Assembly (NCBI GenBank): GCA_964647565.1
Contig: CAZYIM010000027.1
Coordinates: 1 to 40,588, forward strand
DNA from: an uncultured Methanosarcinales archaeon
GTDB taxonomy: Archaea > Nanobdellota > Nanobdellia > Woesearchaeales > CAZYIM01
DNA: 40,588 nt
Direction of reading: 5' to 3'
Shown here: piece by piece, positions 9,705-18,635 of the stretch
How positions within the stretch are numbered: the stretch's first letter is position 1
How the letters are laid out: each line of letters starts with the position of its first letter
Notes under the pieces: model-generated
Seen by the model: the letters and a program-made list of their open reading frames with translations, nothing else
What the model was told of the DNA's origin: nothing
Databases searched by the model: none
Made by a program: the position numbers and the translations under genes

Positions 9705-10585
9705 TACGGCAGATACACGCCATACTTTTCCTGGGAGACCTGCATCGGTCTTTTCACAGCTTCGCAATAACCCTCAACAGGGCATTCAGCTTGCATCTTA
9801 CAGGCCATATCCCTTCTTTTGTTGCAGCCGTACTTGCTCAGGTTCCATAGCGGTTCATCAAGATCAAACTTGCTAAAACCATTCTCTATTGCAGCTTCAG
9901 ACCATAGACTGTCAATCAATTTAGCAGTATTCTTTATCTCGCTTTGGAATCCCTCGCCCTTTAGACATCCAGTATAGAAGGTTGCTCTTGCAACATGGAC
10001 ATCGACTGCTAAGGGTATGCTTTCAATATTCTTTATATTGAGCTTGCAGGAATCCTTAAGCATTCTTATCCATAATGGAAGGATCTTATCGCCAGTCAAA
10101 CATGGGAACTCCTTCCTGTAGCCTTTCATAGTATTATATATAATAGAAGCATCCAGTCCACATCCATCAACTAAAAAACCCTTCATATCACCGTCAAAAA
10201 TATCCTTTATGCTTCTTGAGATGGTCTGCCAATACTTGGCATCAAGATTATACTTTTTGGAAAGCTTATGCACCTGCAGGCCTTTGACAAGCTCTTCAAG
10301 ATTATCAGTTCTTGGAGAATCCAGGTCAAACACCCATCTGGTCTTTGGATCCTCAAAAGTCTCAACACCAGCCTTCCACAACTGCTCTGCATTCCGCATA
10401 TAATCAAGGGCAGTCACAAGAGTGAAATAATTGACATGATTCTTAGAACCTCTTATCAAACCCTTAGGCTTTGCCAATTCAGGCATATGCTCTGCTGTCT
10501 GGCCAAAGACACCTTGGGTCCTATAAGCATCCAATAAAGCCTCTGCTACCTGTTTTGCCCTTCTTTTGTCGAATTCCAAGTTCAT
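9704..10585 (-). CDS. HhH-GPD-superfamily base-excision DNA glycosylase-like protein with a C-terminal 4-Cys cluster.
   Basis: 293 aa. IPLAVDVHVARATFYTG resembles the EndoIII GPD block (IAVDTHIFRVCNRT). C-terminal CNKRRDMACKMQAECPVEGYC (C-x7-C-x5-C-x5-C) is a probable Fe-S site. Confidence 0.45.
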   Translation of the reverse strand: MNLEFDKRRAKQVAEALLDAYRTQGVFGQTAEHMPELAKPKGLIRGSKNHVNYFTLVTALDYMRNAEQLWKAGVETFEDPKTRWVFDLDSPRTDNLEELVKGLQVHKLSKKYNLDAKYWQTISRSIKDIFDGDMKGFLVDGCGLDASIIYNTMKGYRKEFPCLTGDKILPLWIRMLKDSCKLNIKNIESIPLAVDVHVARATFYTGCLKGEGFQSEIKNTAKLIDSLWSEAAIENGFSKFDLDEPLWNLSKYGCNKRRDMACKMQAECPVEGYCEAVKRPMQVSQEKYGVYLP

Positions 10586-10619
10586 AGAATAAGTAATCTC
10601 ATCTCATTATTAAGTATTT

Positions 10620-11369
10620 TCATATAGAACTCAACAAGACAACGAATATAACTCCTGCGATCAATGAGAAGATTGTCTGGTGGCTCCAGGCTTTCCTGTC
10701 CTTGGAGCAGGACATTGGAATCAATTCATCACCTGAAATGTAGATCATGATTCCTGCTGTAGCTGCCACAATCAAGCCGACAAGGGTTTTAGAGATTGAG
10801 GGGAAAAGGAAATACGCAATTAAAAAACCGATCACAGTTGGAAATGCTGTTGATGCAGACAATAAGAATGCCTTCAACCTCTTCTTGCTTACATAATAAT
10901 AAGGGGCAGATGTGCAGATGCCCTCTGGAATGTTATGCACTGCGATTGCAATGGCTATTATTATCGACAACTTGATATTTGTCACAAAACCAGAGCCTAT
11001 CGCAAGGCCTTCTGGCAGGTTGTGCATGAATATGCCTATCAGCAGATAGACAGCGGTTTTCTTAAGATTATGGCCCTGCTCCTGTTGGCAGAATTCTGGA
11101 TGCAGGTGAGGTATAAGCTTGTCAATAAGATACATGACAACAGAGCCAAGGATAATGCCAATAACGCATATATAGATTGATGATAACCTGATGCTCTCAG
11201 GGATAAGCTCAAGGAACGAAACCGACAACATAACGCCTGCAGCAAAGGCAAGCATTGCAAACATGAACTTGTCTGAAGGCTTCTTCAGAATACCTAATAA
11301 CGAGCCGATTATAGGCCCTAAAAAGCTGATCACCAGGATTATGACAATAGGATTCATAACACAAAGCAA
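10620..11369 (-). CDS. zupT: ZIP-family zinc/divalent metal transporter (ZupT-like).
   Basis: 249 aa, multi-TM. Paired signature motifs HNLPEGLAIGSGF and AVHNIPEGI, characteristic of ZupT. Confidence 0.85.
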   Translation of the reverse strand: MLCVMNPIVIILVISFLGPIIGSLLGILKKPSDKFMFAMLAFAAGVMLSVSFLELIPESIRLSSIYICVIGIILGSVVMYLIDKLIPHLHPEFCQQEQGHNLKKTAVYLLIGIFMHNLPEGLAIGSGFVTNIKLSIIIAIAIAVHNIPEGICTSAPYYYVSKKRLKAFLLSASTAFPTVIGFLIAYFLFPSISKTLVGLIVAATAGIMIYISGDELIPMSCSKDRKAWSHQTIFSLIAGVIFVVLLSSI

Positions 11370-11442
11370 CTAATCCCCTCTTTATAAAATTGTCTGTGAT
11401 GCACAAGCATTATATACTCCATTCAATTCCCTTTTCCTGACC

Positions 11443-12399
11443 ATGATAGAACTTACTTTAAGAGATAATGTTGAGAAATATATAGCCAATAACATAGACG
11501 TCTTAGAAGATCGTCTAGAAGATATTGCAGAGAGATATTTAACGCTTAAAGAGCAGAAAGACAGCTTTGACTATGGTGAGAAATTGACCAAAAAGAATCT
11601 TGATGTAATTCTACGGCCAGCAACAATAGCAGCCAAGAAAGTCTTAGGAATTGAAGAGAAATTTCCTGTTGGTGTGCATATTTTCGATCTTAAAAAAACA
11701 TCTGTTTACGGGTTAAAAGTTGGAGGTGCTATATTTGGCATTGGTATGGTCGTACGTCTTTTCGACGGTTTTCAAACTTCGGATATCTGGTACTCATTAT
11801 TAATTGCAGGCGGGATAACAGCTGTTGGAATCTTGCGCCAATTCCAGGATGATGGCAGGCCGATATTTCATAGTGATCGGAATACAATCACTTTGTCTGG
11901 GACCAATACTGTTGAAGGGTATGCAGTCCTTGCTCATGAGTTTGTCCATAGGATCCAGGAGTCTAAGACAGATCTTTCATCTCGCCTCGAAAAGCCTGGT
12001 TTAAAAGGGCCAAAGTATGTAAAAAAAGTAATAAACTGGTTTTACAACCTTAAACATATAATGAAGCCAATTGCAGAAGGCCATGCAAGGGGCGTGCAAC
12101 TGAAGGTCTGCGAGGAATACTTTGAGGAAACTGGCAATCCAACCAACTTATTCTATTCACTTGACCAAACTGCTCCTGAAATGAGACATGCCTATGAACG
12201 TGTCTGCAAGAAATATGATATCTCGAAGAAAGAGATTCCTGGTGTTGATCAGATTCCTAAGATTAAGGGCATAAGACATAAGTTAGAAAGATACCATTAT
12301 TGCATTGGTACTGCTGCCATGCAGATCGCAGAGGCAAAGCACGGCACCAAGGTCTACAGGGATGTGCTTAAGAAGGATTATTCTTTCTTGAAAATATAG
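11443..12399 (+). CDS. Hypothetical HExxH-motif protein (possible membrane-associated zinc metallopeptidase).
   Basis: 318 aa. AHEFVH motif. Hydrophobic segment VGGAIFGIGMVV...LLIAGGITAVGIL. Confidence 0.45.
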   Translation: MIELTLRDNVEKYIANNIDVLEDRLEDIAERYLTLKEQKDSFDYGEKLTKKNLDVILRPATIAAKKVLGIEEKFPVGVHIFDLKKTSVYGLKVGGAIFGIGMVVRLFDGFQTSDIWYSLLIAGGITAVGILRQFQDDGRPIFHSDRNTITLSGTNTVEGYAVLAHEFVHRIQESKTDLSSRLEKPGLKGPKYVKKVINWFYNLKHIMKPIAEGHARGVQLKVCEEYFEETGNPTNLFYSLDQTAPEMRHAYERVCKKYDISKKEIPGVDQIPKIKGIRHKLERYHYCIGTAAMQIAEAKHGTKVYRDVLKKDYSFLKI

Positions 12400-12404
12400 A
12401 AAAC

Positions 12405-12650
12405 TCACTTATACACGTTTTTTCTATGATCAAAGCAATTGACTATTATCTTGTTGTTTTCTAATCTATAAATGATCCTAAAGGGAGGGATTCTTGCACT
12501 ACGATGACCTTTGAGGCCATATTTCAAAGGTTTTCCTGATTCTGGGAGTTGTCCTAATTTTTTAATATGCTTAATCAGGTTTAATCTCATGGATTTGTCT
12601 TTAATTTTCTTAAAATCTTTTTTAAACTCTTCAGAAAATATGATCTGCAT
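12405..12650 (-). CDS. RelE/ParE-family type II toxin.
   Basis: 81 aa. GKPLKYGLKGHRSARIPPFRIIYRLENNKIIV is a RelE/ParE core. Directly downstream of the antitoxin gene. Confidence 0.7.
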   Translation of the reverse strand: MQIIFSEEFKKDFKKIKDKSMRLNLIKHIKKLGQLPESGKPLKYGLKGHRSARIPPFRIIYRLENNKIIVNCFDHRKNVYK

Positions 12651-12653
12651 TTT

Positions 12654-12938
12654 TTAGTTTATTAATAAGTCATCAATCTCTTTGTCGTTCATTTTTGTGT
12701 CAGCTTTGATGAATCTGCCTTTTTCGATATCTTCTTCGCTCTTTCTTATTTGGTCTATTAATAGCAGATCTTCTTTTAGAGATTCCTTTTTTATCTGTTT
12801 TAACAATATGTTTCCATCTTGGTTGAACACTAAAAATTGTGTTGATGGTTTTATGTCCGCATCTTTCCTGACTTCTGAAGGGATTACAACCTGCCCATTC
12901 TGGGATATTTTTGTTATTGAAACTTCCATTTGTATCAC
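12654..12938 (-). CDS. AbrB/SpoVT-like antitoxin.
   Basis: 94 aa. ISQNGQVVIPSEVRK AbrB-type N-terminus plus acidic C-terminal tail. 3-nt gap to the toxin. Confidence 0.6.
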   Translation of the reverse strand: MIQMEVSITKISQNGQVVIPSEVRKDADIKPSTQFLVFNQDGNILLKQIKKESLKEDLLLIDQIRKSEEDIEKGRFIKADTKMNDKEIDDLLIN

Positions 12939-13095
12939 CTACAATACATTTTAATATTAAAACGTATTGTATATATATATATGTTTTTCGGTTTTATAGC
13001 TTAGAAAAGTTTATTTTGCTTCTATCAATAAATTCACCAAATAGTAGTAAACTAACGACATATTTATATAAAAACATTCATTCTCTCTTGCTACA

Positions 13096-13596
13096 ATGGC
13101 ATCAGGAAATTTTATACTCGGAACGCACGCAAAAATGGAAGATTTTGTCAACTATGTTGAACCTGAATTAAAAGAAAAAGGCTGCACAGTTGTTGGCAAA
13201 AGTGTTTTTACAGAATACGAAAAAAGAGACCAACATACTTTCACAAATAACTATATCATGGTTTCTATTGTTGGTAAAGAAGACCTTGAAGAAGCTGTCA
13301 ATGACTCACTTATAGAGGCCGGCGACAAGATGCAAAAGCTAAAGGACGCCGGAGAAGAGGAACATAAGAATCTTTGGCCAGATAGCATCAGATATCGGTC
13401 CAGTACAGCAGGCAAAGATCCCGAAGCCTACTTTAAGACTGTTGAGATCTTCCCAACAGCTGATGCTGCCGGAAGACTCTTCCCAGACAGGATACAAGCA
13501 TATCTTACACTGGAACGAGAGGTCAAGATTGCCCAGATTGCAGAAAAGCTTCAGAAATTCGGAGAAGCCATGTCAGGCCTGACCAAACTAAGATAA
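13096..13596 (+). CDS. Hypothetical protein.
   Basis: 166-aa ORF, no recognised motif. Confidence 0.5.
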   Translation: MASGNFILGTHAKMEDFVNYVEPELKEKGCTVVGKSVFTEYEKRDQHTFTNNYIMVSIVGKEDLEEAVNDSLIEAGDKMQKLKDAGEEEHKNLWPDSIRYRSSTAGKDPEAYFKTVEIFPTADAAGRLFPDRIQAYLTLEREVKIAQIAEKLQKFGEAMSGLTKLR

Positions 13597-13608
13597 TTCT
13601 TTATCAAG

Positions 13609-14247
13609 CTATTTAGCTGAATATAATTCTGCAGGAATTGGCTGTGGTTGTGGGTTAGGCACTAAATAACCAACTTGTTTCTTTGCCCAACTATATGCGC
13701 TTTGCCAAAATGGCGCTTCATCTAATAATTTAGGATCAGAATCCCTTACATACATTGCAGAAGACCAGGACAATAGCCCTATGCCCAGTACTGTTTGCTG
13801 AATGCCTGCAGGCAAGGCAGAAGCATCTCCTTTAGCAAAATAATTGTATAAATTTGTAACGCCCATTCCTATTTGCGATGCAGCCCCTGCTAAAACTGGT
13901 AATCTTACAATAGAATAAATTGATTTCATCCTCTCAACAAATGGATCTTTGACTCTTGAAGAGGTTGCGAGTCCTTCTGCATGAAATGCGGCTAAGTTGT
14001 ATATAAATAGCTCAAATGTATTTTCGAGTGAAGCTCCCATTGCAATTCCATAACGTGTATAATCACGGATTTGTGAACTAATGAACCATGTAGCCATAAA
14101 AGATAATTTTGCAGCACCATTCAGGCCAGTAGCAAGGACAAATTTACCAACACCTTTTTTCTCGGCTTTACGGGCTAATTTGGTATACTCTCTTAATATC
14201 TGTTTGTCAACCCATTTCACAGGTTTTAATAAATATTCTAAACTCAT
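13609..14247 (-). CDS. Hypothetical protein.
   Basis: 212-aa ORF. Proline-rich C-terminus (PNPQPQPIP). Confidence 0.5.
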   Translation of the reverse strand: MSLEYLLKPVKWVDKQILREYTKLARKAEKKGVGKFVLATGLNGAAKLSFMATWFISSQIRDYTRYGIAMGASLENTFELFIYNLAAFHAEGLATSSRVKDPFVERMKSIYSIVRLPVLAGAASQIGMGVTNLYNYFAKGDASALPAGIQQTVLGIGLLSWSSAMYVRDSDPKLLDEAPFWQSAYSWAKKQVGYLVPNPQPQPIPAELYSAK

Positions 14248-14333
14248 ACCTAAAGGATAAAACCCATTTCTTTATAAACTTTTTTTTGTTTACTACTAGA
14301 TAGTTAATGACGCCCAGATTCTTTTTTTCACAT

Positions 14334-14663
14334 TCAGTTCGTTGAAACCTTGTTTAGAATCAGGATAAACGATGTATTCTCTTTAGCGCTCAAGGAATGC
14401 CCAGCATTTGCATCCATGAATATCAATACGCCTGGTTTCATAGGAATATCTTCACCTTCAAGAGTAAAAATCCCATCGCCTTCAATAACATAGACATATC
14501 CTGCTTTTGTTGATGTGTGCTCAGAGATCTCAGTCCCTTTTGACATGCTAAAAAGAGTCACGTCGCCGATATCATCTTTTGCAATGACCTTGCTCATTAT
14601 CCCACCAGCAGAATAATTAATCATCTCAGTTACATCTTGCCATTTGTTTTCCATTTTGTTCAC
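14334..14663 (-). CDS. Cupin-fold small protein.
   Basis: 109 aa. Beta-rich, YVYVIEGDG...KPGVLIFMDANAGHSL is consistent with the cupin_2 two-motif barrel. Confidence 0.5.
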   Translation of the reverse strand: MNKMENKWQDVTEMINYSAGGIMSKVIAKDDIGDVTLFSMSKGTEISEHTSTKAGYVYVIEGDGIFTLEGEDIPMKPGVLIFMDANAGHSLSAKENTSFILILNKVSTN

Positions 14664-14671
14664 CTTAAATA

Positions 14672-15061
14672 TTACACTATCTCCCTTAACTCTTCAAGAA
14701 AATGCTCTTTAACCCATTCAATCTCTTTCTTAAGTTTATTCTTGCCCATGCCGCTGTCAATCCTCTTGTATTCCCCGTGGCTGATGGTGCAGTTCTTCTG
14801 CCCTTTGATCTCAAACCAGGTCAGGGGATAGTTTCTTTTTGCGACAAATGCCAAATTGACGCCTTTTTTAGGAATAACGGTCATTAATATGACATCGCCT
14901 TTCGAAATAATTGCATAATTATTATCTGAAATCTTTCTAACTGTAGAATTCTTATCAAAACCCTCGATCCTGATGATCTTTTTAGGAGAATTGATCTTAC
15001 CCCACAGGTAATCCCTTGACCTGTTTGTCTTTAAACTTGACTCAATAACCTTGTACTTCAT
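14672..15061 (-). CDS. Hypothetical protein.
   Basis: 129-aa ORF immediately upstream of the cupin gene on the same strand (likely co-transcribed). Confidence 0.45.
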   Translation of the reverse strand: MKYKVIESSLKTNRSRDYLWGKINSPKKIIRIEGFDKNSTVRKISDNNYAIISKGDVILMTVIPKKGVNLAFVAKRNYPLTWFEIKGQKNCTISHGEYKRIDSGMGKNKLKKEIEWVKEHFLEELREIV

Positions 15062-15225
15062 AACTACTCAAAAGATCCTGGATATTTTTAAATGTAACGG
15101 ATATCATTCACATCTAGCTCGGATTTCTAGAAAATTATTTCAATAGATGTCAAAATCGAGAAAAAAGGCACAAAAACAAAAAGACTTATATTCTATTCCA
15201 GATTACCCTTAGTAGTGGTTTTAAA

Positions 15226-15588
15226 ATGAACAATAATGCAGCACTAATAAATATACTATCAAGTCAGGAGAATCATCCAGTAGAGGATCTATCCTCCTTA
15301 GAAATTGATCTATACAATGCCGCAGTCAAATTTGCTGAACAATTAAAATCTGAATTCAAAGGGGCTACATTTGAAGCTGTGATGCAAACAGTTCCAGGGT
15401 CCACTTGTAGAGGTATATGGATTTCAAATTTAGGAGGAACAAATTCAACAAATTATAAAGCAAGTTTAGTTTATGATGTGCGGGAGAAAAGATTGTCTTT
15501 TCCAAAGAACAGCAACACTGACAACAGGTATCAGGCGTTTATTAGTGAAAAGGTTCCAGCTTCTAAAGACTTAGTTGAGAGACTTTAA
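15226..15588 (+). CDS. Hypothetical protein.
   Basis: 120-aa ORF. Confidence 0.4.
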   Translation: MNNNAALINILSSQENHPVEDLSSLEIDLYNAAVKFAEQLKSEFKGATFEAVMQTVPGSTCRGIWISNLGGTNSTNYKASLVYDVREKRLSFPKNSNTDNRYQAFISEKVPASKDLVERL

Positions 15589-15618
15589 TCTTGCCCTTTT
15601 TTTAATTTATTATAAATT

Positions 15619-16944
15619 CTACTTAAACAATCCCTTAAAGAAATTCATAATCTTTACAAAAAGATTTGGTTTGTCATCGTACTCTTTATACTCAACCGTT
15701 AAATTCCCTTGAGAAGGTTCAGTTTCAGGAATTTCTGGTTCAATGTCTTCAGCTGATCCAATCGCATAAAGCCCGCTCCAGCTTCCAACATATATCGTGT
15801 CCTTGCCGATTGCAGGAGAAGAGGCCCAGCCTTTTACATTTGCCCTCCACTTTTCAGTTCCATGGGGATATATTGCAAAAAAGTCTGAGCCATACAGATC
15901 CTTAGAGCCCATATATATTGTCCCGTCTGCACCAATTGCAGGCGAGCAACCACCTTCATCTGGCAGAGCATAGAGCCATTTTACCTTGCCTTCAGGCGAG
16001 ACAGCATACAGGTTCTTATCATCACCTCCAATGTAGATAGTGCCATCAGCTCCAATCGCTGGAGAGCTCCAGACATCAATCGAAGGCCCTAATTGAATCC
16101 ACCATTTTTCTTTTCCATCAGAACTGACTGCGTATAATTTTCCTGCTCTTGTCGAACCAACGTAGATTGTGCCATCTTTTCCAATGGCAGGAGAAGAATC
16201 AGCGAAATCCTCAAATTCAAAAGCCCACTTTCTTTTACCTTTAGGTGTTATTGCATGCAGGTGTTTATCTCCGGATCCTATATATATTGTCCCATCATCT
16301 CCTACTGCAGCAGATGAGCATATATCGCCCCTGGTTGAATAATTCCATAATAGCTTGCCATCAGGACTTAGTGCATACAATTTACCTCGAAAATCATCAT
16401 GCGAACCAACGTAGACTGTTCCATCTTTTCCAATTGCAGGAGAATTCCAGATATCTATAGACAAATCGATCTCATAGCGCCACTTCTCTGTTCCATCAGG
16501 ATTCAGAGCAAAAAGAAGGTCGCTTTGGGATGTGAAATAGATGGTTCCATCTTTTGCAACAGCAGGAGAAGAAAGTATTCCTTTGGTTCCGCTGTATTTT
16601 GCAGTGCCGCTTTGACTATAAACCGGACCATCTCCTACCTGGAAATGCCATTTTTCACTACCATCCGGATTGATTGCATATAATACATTCTGGTGGGATC
16701 CGATGTATATTGTTCCATCAGCGCCGATTGCAGGAGATGATTCCATGCCTTTATCAGATTCAAAAACCCACTTTATCGTGCCGTCAATATGACTGGTATC
16801 ATGTGGGCTAAGACCTGTATTTTTCATATTGCCTCTCCACTTTGACCATGGAGAATCCGCAAGCTGTGCCGAGGCAAGTCCTATTGACACTAAAAAGATT
16901 ATTGCAATCAACCATCTCTTCATATCGATGACCTCTTTTGTCAA
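15619..16944 (-). CDS. Secreted PQQ-repeat (BamB-like) beta-propeller protein.
   Basis: 441 aa. Signal-peptide-like N-terminus MKRWLIAIIFLVSIGLASAQLA. About 8 repeats of the DGTIYIGS...LYA(IV).PDG.EKW pattern. Confidence 0.7.
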   Translation of the reverse strand: MTKEVIDMKRWLIAIIFLVSIGLASAQLADSPWSKWRGNMKNTGLSPHDTSHIDGTIKWVFESDKGMESSPAIGADGTIYIGSHQNVLYAINPDGSEKWHFQVGDGPVYSQSGTAKYSGTKGILSSPAVAKDGTIYFTSQSDLLFALNPDGTEKWRYEIDLSIDIWNSPAIGKDGTVYVGSHDDFRGKLYALSPDGKLLWNYSTRGDICSSAAVGDDGTIYIGSGDKHLHAITPKGKRKWAFEFEDFADSSPAIGKDGTIYVGSTRAGKLYAVSSDGKEKWWIQLGPSIDVWSSPAIGADGTIYIGGDDKNLYAVSPEGKVKWLYALPDEGGCSPAIGADGTIYMGSKDLYGSDFFAIYPHGTEKWRANVKGWASSPAIGKDTIYVGSWSGLYAIGSAEDIEPEIPETEPSQGNLTVEYKEYDDKPNLFVKIMNFFKGLFK

Positions 16945-17095
16945 TATATGGAAAGACTACTATTTAAAGTTTCTTGCTTTTATCTGTAGTGTTAATCTGG
17001 ACAAGTATTCATAGAATTTTTTATTTTTCGTTTTTTCTTAAATTATACCGGTTAATAACTCGCGTCTAGATCTCTCACTACTTTTAAAACTTCAT

Positions 17096-17464
17096 TTAAT
17101 CCTGAGTCTGTTCATTAGTTGTTGGATAGCTATCGTGGTATATTCTTCTTAGATCATACCCGCCTATAGAAGCAAAATACCATTTATTAGAATCTTTACC
17201 TCTTTCAGTTAAGATTTGAAGCGAATTTGGAAATCCACTTTTTACAGTTTCAAGAAAACATCTTTTACCAGAATAAAATTCTGCATCGCCAGCGATCATA
17301 TATCCTCCACCCCATTTAACTAAATTAATATTTCTGAATATAATTTTTTCAACTTCACCAATAACAGTGCTAGCGCCTTCTTCTACATTCAATCCATCAG
17401 GTATATGTTTTCTGATTATATCCGGACCAGCGATCCTATCATCGCACACAGTTGTTTCCCCCAT
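17096..17464 (-). CDS. Hypothetical protein.
   Basis: 122-aa ORF. Confidence 0.4.
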   Translation of the reverse strand: MGETTVCDDRIAGPDIIRKHIPDGLNVEEGASTVIGEVEKIIFRNINLVKWGGGYMIAGDAEFYSGKRCFLETVKSGFPNSLQILTERGKDSNKWYFASIGGYDLRRIYHDSYPTTNEQTQD

Positions 17465-17591
17465 ACAGTAAGGGAATGAGCATATACTTTTAAAGGTTAC
17501 TTCTATTGAAAAGAGATTAATAAAAATCGAGATACAATCATAATTAAAATAGGTTAGCTTAGAACAAGTTTAGAAATATTTTTAAGATCTA

Positions 17592-18104
17592 TCAAGACTG
17601 TCTTTTATTTCTTTTTGAAATGCTCTGTCTTAATTCATACGAAGCAATTGTAGAGATATAAAAACCGATATCAGCAACAATCTTTCCAGCCATCACACCC
17701 ACTTCCCTTCCAAGATATTTCGATCCTAATCCCATTGTAGCAGGCCTTATGACAAAAGAATCCAATGCTTCAGCAGCTCCGAATTCTGAAATAAGTTTCG
17801 CTGCTGTTTTCACAACTTTGCGCGGGCCATAGCGTTGCCCTTTGCGCTTAGCATCCTTCATATCGCTGGCGGTTTCCCTGATGATCATTGTTCCATAGAA
17901 ACCTACATTCTCACCTATGGTTCCTGCGTATGCTGCAGCAATATTACTGTCTGTGGCATCCTGAACCAGAAAGAAACTTGTATACGCTGCAACTGTGCCT
18001 ATTATTTCCGCAGGACCATACCTATACAGCCACTCTTTTATCTTTCCAAGACCCTTGGTTTTCTGGGTATCTTCAATTTTGGTCTCTAGGCTATCCCGAT
18101 TCAT
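17592..18104 (-). CDS. Hypothetical protein.
   Basis: 170-aa ORF. Confidence 0.45.
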   Translation of the reverse strand: MNRDSLETKIEDTQKTKGLGKIKEWLYRYGPAEIIGTVAAYTSFFLVQDATDSNIAAAYAGTIGENVGFYGTMIIRETASDMKDAKRKGQRYGPRKVVKTAAKLISEFGAAEALDSFVIRPATMGLGSKYLGREVGVMAGKIVADIGFYISTIASYELRQSISKRNKRQS

Positions 18105-18175
18105 ACATCTAAGTTATAAACACGACTTTATAAATGTTTCTTAATTTACCACTATACAGTTACAATAATAACGTT

Positions 18176-18529
18176 TCATTTACGCTTTGTATTGCTAGAA
18201 TACGCTTTCTTAAGAACTTCAATAACATCAGCAGGAGCACCAGACTTATCCAGCATAGATCCTATATTGGGTCTGAGTTCAGCTGGATCATCACAATCCT
18301 TAGAGGGTAAAAACTTCGATCTTTCTGGATCAGGTATATAGCTTCTTTCGCGAGTCATTTCTCCTCCTGGTCTGTTGATCGTTGCTTCATATAACATGCT
18401 TGGTTTGATTTTAGCTAAACACTGCACTGTAATAGAATCATCTGATACAAAAGCTTCTACTTTTCCCCAAGCATAGCCTAATATATAGTGCTTAGCAGTT
18501 GGTCCATTTTTTTGTGCTGGTTTGGCCAT
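18176..18529 (-). CDS. Hypothetical protein.
   Basis: 117-aa ORF. Confidence 0.4.
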   Translation of the reverse strand: MAKPAQKNGPTAKHYILGYAWGKVEAFVSDDSITVQCLAKIKPSMLYEATINRPGGEMTRERSYIPDPERSKFLPSKDCDDPAELRPNIGSMLDKSGAPADVIEVLKKAYSSNTKRK

Positions 18530-18635
18530 GAAATTGTAAATTCACATCAATATTAAAGCATTTCGGTAGAAATAACACCTAAATTTGAGTATATGCCCGA
18601 AATATATATAATATACAGCATAATCCCTATGAAAT

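Noticed and set aside
9457-9876. ORFs 9457..9663 and 9688..9876 overlapping the GC-rich structured element.
   Set aside because: They run across an intergenic, strongly base-paired GC-rich segment and overlap real minus-strand genes. Coding is unlikely.
12968-12984. (TA)8 microsatellite in the spacer before gene 13096.
   Set aside because: Ordinary simple-sequence tract in an AT-rich promoter region. No further structure.
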